Part shown: positions 55,189 through 64,000 of the stretch, in pieces | Layout: every line of letters begins with the position of its first letter | Numbering within the stretch: the first letter of the stretch is position 1 | NCBI GenBank assembly: GCA_004359425.1 | Contig: PTEU01000002.1 | Span: 462,771 to 526,770, forward strand | DNA: 64,000 bases | Reading direction: 5' to 3' | DNA from: Ideonella sp. MAG2 | GTDB taxonomy: Bacteria > Pseudomonadota > Gammaproteobacteria > Burkholderiales > Burkholderiaceae_C | Notes under the pieces: generated by a model | The model's database searches: none | Told to the model about the DNA's origin: nothing | What the model saw: the letters and a program-made list of their open reading frames with translations, nothing else | Position numbers and translations under genes: made by a program

Positions 55189-56115
55189 TCAGGGCAACTC
55201 AGCGCGCCGAGGCAAATCTGCCCCACGCCGCCCGCAGGTGATGGCGGCGGCTTGGGCCGCAAAGGCCAGTACGCCCTGCCAAGCCTGGAGTGGCAGCGCG
55301 CTCAATCCCTCTGGGCTGAGCACCCCCAACTCGGCCAGCCGGGTCAGCATGGCGGCTTGGAAGGTGTCGCCTGCACCCACGGTGTCGATGACGGTGGTGC
55401 GCACCGGGGCCACCTCAAAAGCACCGGCTGCCGTCCAGGCCAGGGCACCCTCGCCACCGCGCGTCACCACCACGGCGCGCACGCCTGCGGCACGCCAGCG
55501 GGCGGCCAAGTCGGCGAAGGGAACGCCGGGGTAGAGCAGGCCCAGGTCTTCATCGCTCACCTTCAGCAGGTGGGTACGCGCGGCCATCCAGTCCAGCGTT
55601 TCACGCCAACGCTCCAGCGCGGGCTCCACATTCAAGCGCACGTTCGGGTCATAGGCGATCACACGACGCTGGTGCTCGCGCTCCACCAGCGCGCGCTGCA
55701 CGCTGGCCACCGGCTCCACCACCATGGCATAAGAGCCTAAGTGGATGGCCTGTGTGGCTGCGGGCAGGGTGTCCAGAGCGCTCATGGGTAGCAGGCGGTC
55801 AGCACAGCCTGCGCCGTAAAAGCTGTAGGAGGGCACACCGCTGGCGTCCACGCCAATCAGGCTCAGCGTGGTGGGGGCGTCCAGCCATTGCACGCAGTCT
55901 GGCGCAATGCCTTCGGCCTTCAAGGCGGTGCCCAGCCGGTCGCCAAGAAAACCCTTGGAGACGCCACCGAAAAAGGCCACGGGCTGGGCCAGGCGCGACA
56001 GGCCCACCGCCACATTGAAGGGCGAGCCACCGATGCGGGCGTCCAGCATCATGCCGGTGGGGGTGTCCCCGGCCGCGAACACATCAAACAAGGCCTCGCC
56101 ACAGACAACAAACAT
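55189..56115 (-). CDS. PfkB-family carbohydrate kinase (fructokinase-like)
   Basis: MFVVCGEALFDVF...GGSPFNVA and DTVGAGDTF. Confidence 0.88.
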   Translation of the reverse strand: MFVVCGEALFDVFAAGDTPTGMMLDARIGGSPFNVAVGLSRLAQPVAFFGGVSKGFLGDRLGTALKAEGIAPDCVQWLDAPTTLSLIGVDASGVPSYSFYGAGCADRLLPMSALDTLPAATQAIHLGSYAMVVEPVASVQRALVEREHQRRVIAYDPNVRLNVEPALERWRETLDWMAARTHLLKVSDEDLGLLYPGVPFADLAARWRAAGVRAVVVTRGGEGALAWTAAGAFEVAPVRTTVIDTVGAGDTFQAAMLTRLAELGVLSPEGLSALPLQAWQGVLAFAAQAAAITCGRRGADLPRRAELP

Positions 56116-56408
56116 GGTGCTTTACTTTCAAGGAAGAGAAATCTAGAGGAGGGAGCGGGGCGCAAAGCGCAGCGCTGGTGGCCCTGCGAATACAGCTTTG
56201 GAAGGCTCGCATCCTGCCCAAGACCCGTTCGCTGGCCCACTGGGGTTTACCATTAATCAATCCACTTGATTTATTTAATCATCCCGTTTCACAATCCACC
56301 CAGCGCTAACGACGGCGGTGTGAACCCCACCGGATCTGACGGCGTCACCTTCTCAGCCCCCCCGCTTGCGCCGCGCCACAGCGGCCAGCCCTTTCAGGAG
56401 ACACACCC

Positions 56409-57398
56409 ATGAACCGCACTCTGACCGCTTTTGCTCTGGCCGCTGCGGCCGCCTTGGCTGCACCCGCTTTTGCAGCGGGCGAGCCCGTCATCGGCCTGAT
56501 CACCAAAACCGAGACCAACCCCTTCTTCGTGAAAATGAAGGAAGGTGCGCAGGCCGAAGCCAAGCGTTTGGGGGCCAAGCTGATGACCGCCTCGGGCAAG
56601 AAGGACGGCGATACCGCCGCCCAGATCACCGCCATTGAGAACATGGTCACCGCCGGGGCCAAGACCATCCTGATCACCTCCAGCGGCGACGCCATCATCC
56701 CCGCTGTTAAGAAGGCTCAAGCCAAGGGCGTGCAGGTCATCGCCTTGGACAGCCCCTTTGACGGCGCGGACGCCCTGTTCGCCACCGACAACTACAAGGC
56801 CGGTGTGCTGATCGGCCAGTACGCCAAAGTGGCCCTGGGCAACAAGCCCGCCAAGATCGCCATGCTGGACCTTTTTCCCGGCCACCCGGTGGGTGCGCAG
56901 CGTCACAACGGCTTCATGACGGGCTTTGGCTTGAAGGCCAACGACGCCAAGTCCAATGAGCTGTCGTCCACGCCTGAAACGGTGTGCGCGGCGGACACCG
57001 ACGGCAACCAGGCCAAGGGCCAGACTGCGATGGAGAACTGCCTGCAAAAAGACCCCGCCATCAACGTCGTCTACACCATCAATGAGCCAGCGGCTGCAGG
57101 AGCCTATAACGCACTGAAGAAGGCAGGCAAGGAAAAGGGCGTGATCATCGTTTCGGTGGACGGCGGCTGCGCGGGTGTGGCCGATGTGGGCAAGGGCGTG
57201 ATTGCCGCCACCTCGCAGCAGTACCCGTTGAAAATGGCCGCCATGGGCGTGGCCGCCGGTGTGGAATATGCCAAGGGCGGCAAGAAGGCCAGTGGCTATG
57301 TGGACACCGGTGTGACGCTGATTGCAGGCAAGGCTGTGCCCGGCGTGGACAGCAAAGACGTGAAGACCGGCACCGACCTGTGCTGGGGAACCAAGTAA
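56409..57398 (+). CDS. sugar ABC transporter periplasmic binding protein (ribose/fructose type)
   Basis: It has a signal peptide and a Peripla_BP_4-like layout: IGLITKTETNPFFVKM. Confidence 0.88.
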   Translation: MNRTLTAFALAAAAALAAPAFAAGEPVIGLITKTETNPFFVKMKEGAQAEAKRLGAKLMTASGKKDGDTAAQITAIENMVTAGAKTILITSSGDAIIPAVKKAQAKGVQVIALDSPFDGADALFATDNYKAGVLIGQYAKVALGNKPAKIAMLDLFPGHPVGAQRHNGFMTGFGLKANDAKSNELSSTPETVCAADTDGNQAKGQTAMENCLQKDPAINVVYTINEPAAAGAYNALKKAGKEKGVIIVSVDGGCAGVADVGKGVIAATSQQYPLKMAAMGVAAGVEYAKGGKKASGYVDTGVTLIAGKAVPGVDSKDVKTGTDLCWGTK

Positions 57399-57535
57399 GG
57401 CCTGAGGCCTGAATTCGCCGGGGCGCTGCCCTGGCGCGTCAATGGCTTGCGGGCCTGTGAGACCGCTTGGCCTGTGGCCATGTGGCACCGCTTGGCCTGC
57501 GGGCGTGCGATGGCGTCGGCCCGGTGCAGCTTGAC

Positions 57536-57585
57536 CCGTTCGCCCTGAGCGTGTCGAAGGGCTTCGACACGCTCAGCCCGAACGG
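57536..57585. repeat. REP-like 24-bp-arm palindrome in the binding-protein/permease spacer
   Basis: CCGTTCGCCCTGAGCGTGTCGAAG-ggc-CTTCGACACGCTCAGCCCGAACGG, with 2 mismatches. A half-copy (TCCGACAAGCTCAACCCGAACGG) lies at about 15852..15874. Confidence 0.65.
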
Positions 57586-57651
57586 ATTGAAGCATTCAAG
57601 CGGCCCTCTCAAAAGGCACCTCGCCTGCCCGAGCCCGTCCAAGGAACTTTC

Positions 57652-58608
57652 ATGTCACTCAAAGAAAAGCTGCCACCCTTGAGCCAGCTCGGGCCCTTCA
57701 TCGCCCTGGCCGTGGCCTGCGTGGTCTTCGGTGTAACCACCGACAATTTCTTCAGCGCGGCCAACTTCGCGCTGATCCTGCAACAGGTCATGGTGGTGGG
57801 CGTGATCGCCATTGGCCAGACCTTGATCATCCTCACCGCAGGCATTGATCTGTCTTGCGGCATGGTGATGGCGCTGGGCAGCATCATCATGACCAAGTTC
57901 GCGGCTGACTTCGGCTTGCCGCCCTCGCTGGCCATTCTGTGCGGCATTGCCGTGACCACTTTGTTTGGCCTTGTCAACGGCCTCTTGGTCACCCGCATCA
58001 AGCTGCCACCCTTTATCGTCACGCTGGGCACTTTCAATATTGCCTTTGCCATCACCCAGCTCTACTCCTCGGCGCAAACGGTGACCAACGTGCCCGAGAC
58101 CATGACCTGGTTGGGCAACACCTTTTCCTTGGGGGGCAGTGAGATCGCCTATGGCGTGGTGCTGATGGTGGCGCTCTACCTCGTCACCTGGTATTGGCTG
58201 CGTGACACGGCCTCAGGCCGCCATGTTTATGCCGTGGGCAACAACCCCGAGGCGACGCGCCTAGTGGGCATCCCCACTGACCGTGTTCTGCTGAGCGTGT
58301 ATGTGTTGGCGGGCTTGTTCTACGGCATTGCCTCCCTGCTGACCGTGGCCCGCACCGGCGTGGGCGACCCCAACGGTGGACAAACCGAAAACCTGGACGC
58401 CATCACCGCCGTGGTGCTGGGCGGCACCAGCTTGTTCGGCGGGCGTGGCGTCATCTTGGGCACGCTGGCGGGTGCCATTGTGGTGGGCGTGCTGCGCAAC
58501 GGCCTGACTCTGATGGGCGTATCTTCGGTCTATCAGGTGCTGATCACCGGCATCTTGGTCATTCTGGCGGTGGCCGTGGATCAACTCTCCCGCAAAGGTG
58601 CACGATGA
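57652..58608 (+). CDS. sugar ABC transporter permease (RbsC/FrcC type)
   Basis: 318 aa, ~9 TM, BPD_transp_2-like. Confidence 0.9.
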   Translation: MSLKEKLPPLSQLGPFIALAVACVVFGVTTDNFFSAANFALILQQVMVVGVIAIGQTLIILTAGIDLSCGMVMALGSIIMTKFAADFGLPPSLAILCGIAVTTLFGLVNGLLVTRIKLPPFIVTLGTFNIAFAITQLYSSAQTVTNVPETMTWLGNTFSLGGSEIAYGVVLMVALYLVTWYWLRDTASGRHVYAVGNNPEATRLVGIPTDRVLLSVYVLAGLFYGIASLLTVARTGVGDPNGGQTENLDAITAVVLGGTSLFGGRGVILGTLAGAIVVGVLRNGLTLMGVSSVYQVLITGILVILAVAVDQLSRKGAR

Positions 58609-59402
58609 ACACTTCCAACCCCCACAAGATGGTGATGCAAGCCAAGGGCTTGGTCAAACGCTACGGCCAAGTCACTGCGCTGGACGGCGTCGATTTTGAG
58701 CTGCGGGCCGGAGAAATTTTGGCCGTGATTGGCGACAACGGTGCCGGCAAATCCTCGCTCATCAAAGCGCTCTCTGGTGCCACGGTGCCGGATGAAGGCG
58801 AGATCTTGCTTGACGGCAAGCGCGTGCAATTCCGCAACCCCATGGACGCACGCCGTGAAGGCATTGAGTGCTGCTACCAAGACCTGGCCGTGGCCCCGGC
58901 CATGACCATTGCCGAGAACCTCTTCTTGGGCCGCGAGCTGCGCCGCCCCGGCTTTGCGGGCACCGTGCTGCGCCAGCTCGACAAGAAAAAGATGCTAGAG
59001 ACGGCCATTGAGCGCATGGCAGACTTGAAAGTCGGCATTCGCTCCATGACGCAGGCGGTGGAGACGCTCTCCGGCGGCCAGCGCCAATGCGTGGCCGTGG
59101 CCCGTGCGGCGGCTTTTGCGCGCCATGTGGTCATCTTGGATGAGCCCACCGCTGCGCTTGGCGTGAAGGAGGGCAATATGGTGCTGGAGCTGATCCGCCG
59201 CGTGCGCGACAAAGGCTTGCCGGTGATCCTCATCAGCCACAACATGCCGCATGTCTTTGAGATCGCGGACCGCATCCATGTGGCGCGTTTGGGCAGACGA
59301 GCCGCGGTGCTCAACCCGAAGAAGATCTCCATGAGTGACACCGTGGCCGTGATGACCGGGGCCATGGCTCCCGCCGACATTCCCGCTGAGTGCCTGGCCT
59401 AA
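58605..59402 (+). CDS. sugar ABC transporter ATP-binding protein
   Basis: Walker A GDNGAGKSS, signature LSGGQRQ and Walker B VILDEPT. There is a 4-nt overlap with the permease gene. Confidence 0.9.
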   Translation: MNTSNPHKMVMQAKGLVKRYGQVTALDGVDFELRAGEILAVIGDNGAGKSSLIKALSGATVPDEGEILLDGKRVQFRNPMDARREGIECCYQDLAVAPAMTIAENLFLGRELRRPGFAGTVLRQLDKKKMLETAIERMADLKVGIRSMTQAVETLSGGQRQCVAVARAAAFARHVVILDEPTAALGVKEGNMVLELIRRVRDKGLPVILISHNMPHVFEIADRIHVARLGRRAAVLNPKKISMSDTVAVMTGAMAPADIPAECLA

Positions 59403-59414
59403 GAGGGCACGCCC

Positions 59415-59876
59415 ATGCTCAAAGGCATTTCGCCCCTGTTGACACCGGACCTGCTCAAAGTGCTGGCCGAGATGGGCCATGGCGACGAGATTGTGCTGGC
59501 CGATGCCAACTTCACGGCCGCCTCGCTGTCACGCGCGGCGGGCTGCCCTGTTTTGCAGGTGCCGGGTGCCACAGTGGAACAGCTCGCCCAAGCCGTGCTG
59601 GCACTGATGCCCTTGGATGCTGCCGTCGAGCAGCCCGTGGCCTATATGCAGGTGTGCGACTGGCCCCAGGGCCAGCAAAGTGCGCAGCAGCGCGCCGTCA
59701 TCGCCATGCTGGAGCGCGAAGGCCATGCCCGCGCGGCACAATGTGCGGCCACGGAGCGCTTTGCGTTCTATGAGCGCACCCGCCGCGCCTTTGCCATCGT
59801 GCTGACCGGCGAGTTGCAGCCCTATGGCAATGTCATCCTGAAGAAGGGTGTGATCGGAGAAGCCCTTGTCCCTTGA
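59415..59876 (+). CDS. RbsD/FucU family sugar mutarotase/transport protein
   Basis: MLKGISPLLTPDLLKVLAEMGHGDEIVLADANF. Confidence 0.85.
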   Translation: MLKGISPLLTPDLLKVLAEMGHGDEIVLADANFTAASLSRAAGCPVLQVPGATVEQLAQAVLALMPLDAAVEQPVAYMQVCDWPQGQQSAQQRAVIAMLEREGHARAAQCAATERFAFYERTRRAFAIVLTGELQPYGNVILKKGVIGEALVP

Positions 59877-59913
59877 TGCAGAGCCCCTCGCAGACCTCTC
59901 TGCCGCAGCCGAC

Positions 59914-61119
59914 ATGCGGCACCTGCGGCCACGGGGCTCCAGCCAAGGCGGCCTGGCCCAGTACAACGAGCGCGTGGTGCTGCAAGCCGTGCGCTTGCAT
60001 GGGCCTGTGCCTGGGGCCGAGATCGCACGCCTCACCCACCTCACCGCGCAGACGGTGTCGCTCATCACCAAGCGCCTGATCGACGAGGGCTTGTTGATCA
60101 AGGGTGCCCCGGTGCGCGGCAAAGTGGGCCAGCCCTCGGTGCCGCTGATGCTCAACCCCGAGGGCGCGTTCTCCATTGGCGTCAAGGTCGGGCGGCGCAG
60201 CTTGGACGTGCTGCTGGTGGACTTCACCGGCCAAGTGCGCGAGCGCCAAACCCAAAGCTATGTCTACCCCGAACCCGCTGCTGTGCTGGCTGCCATTGCC
60301 CACAGCACCCGGCTGTTCACCCGCAGTCTCGGCCTGCAAGGGCGTGAGCGCCTGCAAGGCATCGGCGTCGCCGCACCGCTCTCACTGGGCGGCTGGCGCC
60401 AATTGCTGGGCCTGCCGGCCGAGGTCGCCCAAGCATGGGCCTTGGTGGATTTGGCCGCCGAGGTCGAGCACCGCACCGGCCTGCCCGCCACCTTCATGAA
60501 AGACACGGCCGCCGCCTGTGTGGCCGAACTGGTGGCTGGCCGCGGCCGTAGTGTGCGCAGCTATCTCTACCTGTTTGTCGACACCTTCATCGGCGGCGGC
60601 CTGGTCATCGACAGCCACTTGCACGCAGGGCTGCATGGCAATGCCGGTGCCGTGGGCTCACTGCCCCTGGGCCTGGCCGCCCCCGGTGGCCGCCACAGCC
60701 CGCCTCAACTGCTGGCCGTGGCCTCACTGCTGACGCTGGAGACGCTCTATACCCAAGCCGGCCTGGCCCCCGAAGCCGTGCAAGACGAGCGTGCGCTGCA
60801 AGCCCCCTGGCGGGAGCACACCGACATCTGGCTGCGCCAGGCCGCCGCCGCCATCGCCCACGCCATCAATAGCGCGGCCTGCTTGCTCGACCTCGAAGGC
60901 ACCATCATCGACGGCAGCTTCAGCCGCGAGATGCTGGCTGCGCTCTTGGCCGAGGTTCAAGCCGCCTCGGCCCGCACCAACTGGGAAGGCGTGGTGCCGC
61001 CCCTGGTGCAGCCCGGCACCATCGGCTCCGATGCCCGCGCCTTGGGTGGCGCGCTGCTGCCGCTGTATGCCAATTTCGCGCCGGATCGGGATTTGTTTCT
61101 CAAATCAGACTTGGCCTGA
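59914..61119 (+). CDS. ROK family transcriptional regulator
   Basis: ORF 59866..61119 (TTG); ATG at 59914. It has an N-terminal wHTH (YNERVVLQAVRLHGPVPGAEIARLTHLTAQTVSLITKRL) and a ROK sugar-kinase-like body. Confidence 0.85.
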   Translation: MRHLRPRGSSQGGLAQYNERVVLQAVRLHGPVPGAEIARLTHLTAQTVSLITKRLIDEGLLIKGAPVRGKVGQPSVPLMLNPEGAFSIGVKVGRRSLDVLLVDFTGQVRERQTQSYVYPEPAAVLAAIAHSTRLFTRSLGLQGRERLQGIGVAAPLSLGGWRQLLGLPAEVAQAWALVDLAAEVEHRTGLPATFMKDTAAACVAELVAGRGRSVRSYLYLFVDTFIGGGLVIDSHLHAGLHGNAGAVGSLPLGLAAPGGRHSPPQLLAVASLLTLETLYTQAGLAPEAVQDERALQAPWREHTDIWLRQAAAAIAHAINSAACLLDLEGTIIDGSFSREMLAALLAEVQAASARTNWEGVVPPLVQPGTIGSDARALGGALLPLYANFAPDRDLFLKSDLA

Positions 61120-61313
61120 AGACCCGAAATGGGGGCAGACCCCAAGCGCCACCTGCAGAGGCGCGACTACAATCTGAAACCTTTCTCCATGGCTGAAAGT
61201 CTTTGAGCTTCAGGCTTGGAGAGCCTGCTCGCCCCCAAACGGCTAAGCCTGTGCGGCGGGGCGCCACGACTTGGCGCAAACCCAACAACACCATCAGACC
61301 TTGCCGCCTCCCC

Positions 61314-62066
61314 GTGGAAGTCCATTTCGTTCTCAATGCCTGGGCAGCTTTTGCGCCAGGTCTGGCTTCTGCACAGGATTGGCAGGCCTGGGCTCGCGCG
61401 CCATGGTTGCCTGAGGGAGTTGCTCAGGCCGAGGTCAAGGCCATGCCCGCCCTGTCGCGGCGAAGGCTGAATGCGCTGGGCCGCATGGCGGCTGAAGTGT
61501 CGTACTCGGCCGCTGACGCCGTGGGTTTCCCCACAGTGTTTGCCTCGCGCTACGGGGACGCCGGTCGATCGCTGGACATGCTGGCGGGCTTGGTGCGGGC
61601 TGAGCCGGTCTCGCCCACGGCTTTTGGCTTATCGGTCCAAAACGCCATTGGTGCCATGATCTCCCTGGTGCGGGAAGATCGCGCCAATATGCTGGCCTTG
61701 GCGGGTGGTGCCAGCAGTGCGGCTGCGGGCATTGTGGAGGCCGTCTCGCTGCTGACTGACGGTGCGCCCGAGGTGCTGCTGGTGCATTACGACGCGCCGC
61801 TGCCCCAGGACTACGCCGTCTTTCACGATGAAGCCCCGGCCTCCTACGCCTGGGCCTGGCGCATGGCCTTGTCGCCTCAGCCGGGAGTGAAAGGCTTGTC
61901 TTTGAGACGGCAGGCTTCGGCTCCAGAAGCCGAAGGTCGACCGGGTGCCCCCACTGCTCATGCCCTGCCTTTTGGGCTGGCTTTGCTGCGCTCGGCCATC
62001 CTCCCTCAGCATCGTGAATGCCTCTGGCGAGACGGCGCTTCCTGGACCCTGCAAGCCCATGACTGA
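61314..62066 (+). CDS. beta-ketoacyl synthase N-terminal-like / chain-length-factor-like protein
   Basis: GTG at 61314 inside ORF 61203..62066. NAWAAFAPGL...RRRLNALGRMA...ASRYGD is typical of the first gene of APE-like lipid clusters. Confidence 0.6.
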   Translation: MEVHFVLNAWAAFAPGLASAQDWQAWARAPWLPEGVAQAEVKAMPALSRRRLNALGRMAAEVSYSAADAVGFPTVFASRYGDAGRSLDMLAGLVRAEPVSPTAFGLSVQNAIGAMISLVREDRANMLALAGGASSAAAGIVEAVSLLTDGAPEVLLVHYDAPLPQDYAVFHDEAPASYAWAWRMALSPQPGVKGLSLRRQASAPEAEGRPGAPTAHALPFGLALLRSAILPQHRECLWRDGASWTLQAHD

Positions 62067-62835
62067 AGCGATGTCACGCGCCTGGCGGGTGCTGGCCACC
62101 GGCCTGTGTTTTCTCACCTTTGGGGTGGGCGGCCTGCTGCTGGGACTATTGATCTTTCCCTTGATGCGCGCACTGATCCGACACCCTACCGCGCGGGTGG
62201 CAGCCGCCCGAAAAGTCATCCAGATGGCTTTTCGAGGCTTCATCGGCATGATGCGTGGCCTCGGCGTACTCAGCTATGAGATCCATCACCGTGACCGCTT
62301 GCGGCGCAGCGGCATGCTGGTGTTGGCCAATCACCCTTCCTTGATCGATGTGGTGTTTCTGATGGCCTTGATTGACAACGCAGACTGCATCGTCAAGGCC
62401 GCCTTGACGCGCAATCCCGCCACCTGGGGGCCGGTCACGGCTGCTGGCTTTGTATTCAATGACTCAGGAGCCGGCCTTCTGGAGGATTGCCAGTCGAGCC
62501 TGGACGCAGGTAGCAACCTGATCATCTTCCCCGAGGGAACACGCACCCCCCGCAGCGGTGAGTTGTTGTTGCAAAGAGGCGCTGCCAATGTGGCAGTGCG
62601 GTGCGGCAGAGACATCACGCCGGTGCGCATCACCGTGCATCCCGCCACTTTGGGCAAAGGTGAGCCGTGGTATCAAGTGCCCCCGTGCAAACCGCACTTT
62701 GTGTTCCGCGTTGAGCCCGACATTGCCGTGACGCCATTTCAAGGCCAGGCGGCTTCTGAGGCCCTGGCAGCGCGCCACCTGACCGACTATTTGACCGATT
62801 ACTTTTCGATGGAGACCCGTCATGTCAGCGCTTGA
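62059..62835 (+). CDS. lysophospholipid (PlsC-family) acyltransferase
   Basis: ATG at 62059 overlaps the upstream stop (ATGACTGA). It has the Hx4D motif NHPSLID and FPEGTRT. Confidence 0.85.
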   Translation: MTEAMSRAWRVLATGLCFLTFGVGGLLLGLLIFPLMRALIRHPTARVAAARKVIQMAFRGFIGMMRGLGVLSYEIHHRDRLRRSGMLVLANHPSLIDVVFLMALIDNADCIVKAALTRNPATWGPVTAAGFVFNDSGAGLLEDCQSSLDAGSNLIIFPEGTRTPRSGELLLQRGAANVAVRCGRDITPVRITVHPATLGKGEPWYQVPPCKPHFVFRVEPDIAVTPFQGQAASEALAARHLTDYLTDYFSMETRHVSA

Positions 62836-63082
62836 GCAAGAGATCAAAGACATCATCATTCAGTCCCTGCAATTGGAGGACATCACCCCGGACGACATCG
62901 ACGTTGAAGCGCCCCTCTTCGTAGAGGGCCTGGGGCTGGACTCCATTGACGCCCTGGAGTTGGGCTTGGCCCTGCAAAAACGCTATGGCGTCAGCATGTC
63001 TGCCGATAGCGAAGAGACCCGCAATCACTTTCGTAGCGTGCGCTCGCTGGCCGCCTTTGTGGCCGCCCACCGCAAAGCCTGA
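62822..63082 (+). CDS. acyl carrier protein
   Basis: 86 aa. LGLDSIDALEL is the phosphopantetheine serine motif. Confidence 0.85.
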   Translation: MSALEQEIKDIIIQSLQLEDITPDDIDVEAPLFVEGLGLDSIDALELGLALQKRYGVSMSADSEETRNHFRSVRSLAAFVAAHRKA

Positions 63083-63110
63083 ACCCGACTCCCACCCCAA
63101 AGGTGCCACC

Positions 63111-63362
63111 ATGACCAAGGACGAGATCTTCCAGACCATCGTCAACACCCTGCAAGAGACTTTCGAAATCGAAGCCTCTCGCGTCACCCCTGAGGCACGT
63201 CTGTACGATGACCTGGACATCGACAGCATTGATGCGGTCGACCTGATCGTGCAGCTCAAGCCTTTGGTTGGCCGACGCTTGCAACCCGAGGCCTTCAAGT
63301 CCGTGCGCACCGTGCAAGACGTGGTGGACGCCCTGCATGGTTTGATGCACAACGCGGCCTGA
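63111..63362 (+). CDS. acyl carrier protein (second copy)
   Basis: ATG at 63111 inside ORF 62946..63362; motif LDIDSIDAVDL. Confidence 0.85.
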   Translation: MTKDEIFQTIVNTLQETFEIEASRVTPEARLYDDLDIDSIDAVDLIVQLKPLVGRRLQPEAFKSVRTVQDVVDALHGLMHNAA

Positions 63363-63373
63363 GCCTGTCTGCC

Positions 63374-63931
63374 GTGAAGCCCACGCCCTTGGTGTCTGTT
63401 GCGCTGGCCGCATTGACTGTGGCCTACCCGGCTGTGGTCTTCTTCGGCCACCAGCATCTGGACCCCCGCTGGCTGGCTTTGGCCCTGGTGGTGTTGGCTG
63501 TGCTGCGTGCATGGGCCAGCCGGCAAGCCCTGTGGCTTGTTGCTGCGGTCGGTGCCTTGGGCCTCGCCGCAGGAACGGCCTGGGGCGGCGGATGGTTGCC
63601 GCTTAAGCTCTACCCCGTGTGGGTCAATGTGGTGTTGTTGCTGGTGTTTGCAGGGAGTCTTTGGCAAGGCCCTCCTGTGATCGAGCGCCTGGCACGCCTG
63701 ACGGAGCCTGAGCTGCCGCCCCAAGCTGTGGCCTATACCCGCCGCGTGACCCAGGTGTGGTGCGGCTTTTTTGTGCTCAATGGCAGTTTGGCGGCCTACA
63801 CCGCCCTGGCCTGTAGCGAGCAGGCATGGGCGCTCTACAACGGGCTGCTGGCTTACGGCTTGATGGGCCTGCTTTTTGGGGCGGAATGGTGTGTGCGACA
63901 GCGCGTCAAGGCGAGCGTAAAACATGGTTGA
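63374..63931 (+). CDS. small integral membrane protein of APE-like clusters (COG4648-like)
   Basis: 185 aa, GTG start, 5-6 TM. Confidence 0.55.
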   Translation: MKPTPLVSVALAALTVAYPAVVFFGHQHLDPRWLALALVVLAVLRAWASRQALWLVAAVGALGLAAGTAWGGGWLPLKLYPVWVNVVLLLVFAGSLWQGPPVIERLARLTEPELPPQAVAYTRRVTQVWCGFFVLNGSLAAYTALACSEQAWALYNGLLAYGLMGLLFGAEWCVRQRVKASVKHG

Positions 63932-64000
63932 ACAACAGGGATTGACCACGGTCATGACTCGCCAACAGGCCGCCACGGATGTGGTGGCTTGGCACGGTGG
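63924..64000 (+). CDS. start of next gene (possibly an AMP-dependent ligase), truncated by the window
   Basis: ATG at 63924 overlaps the upstream stop: MVEQQGLTTVMTRQQAATDVVAWHGG. Only 25 codons are visible. Confidence 0.3.
   Translation, partial: MVEQQGLTTVMTRQQAATDVVAWHG

Overview
This is a high-GC (roughly 62-65%) chromosomal segment that looks betaproteobacterial, probably Burkholderiales or Comamonadaceae-like. The supporting signs are a split metH behind an SAH riboswitch, REP-type palindromes and a DUF1800/DUF1501 pair.

Core content: a partial nitronate monooxygenase, radA, two paralogous beta-helix lipoproteins around a LysE exporter, and a YcaQ-family gene. There is also a PAPS-type sulfate activation block (SLC13 permease, cysNC, cysD, cysQ) next to kpsC-kpsS. 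The rest is split methionine synthase, alr, DedA, an EamA transporter, glutathione peroxidase, an aminotransferase, a fructose/ribose-type ABC sugar operon with fructokinase, a FucU-like protein and a ROK regulator, and the start of an aryl-polyene-like ACP/acyltransferase lipid cluster.

Two accessory regions stand out:
1. 9.0-15.9 kb holds a one-directional string of small, lower-GC, functionally unrelated ORFs. Their stop codons sit in or beside RYYYAAC cores, they are separated by GTTAGCC-like cores and a ~230-bp repeated element, and no integrase is present. This resembles an integron-like cassette array (CALIN).
2. 41.2-50.8 kb holds a defence island. A type III-like res/mod pair is interleaved, in one apparent operon, with a NYN-domain gene, a low-GC GIY-YIG nuclease gene and an SF1/UvrD helicase that carries a RelE/ParE-like N-terminal domain. 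The mod gene appears to lack both its native start and its AdoMet-binding motif I. This is my best candidate for an undescribed system.

I saw no rRNA, tRNA, CRISPR array, intact IS element or integrase. An unusually large number of genes carry internal deletions or truncations: an hsdM stub, an AlbA_2 gene, two GNAT remnants, rfbC/DUF1501, VOC, DUF2332 and mod.

All calls come from reading the sequence and the ORF track. No database search was run.
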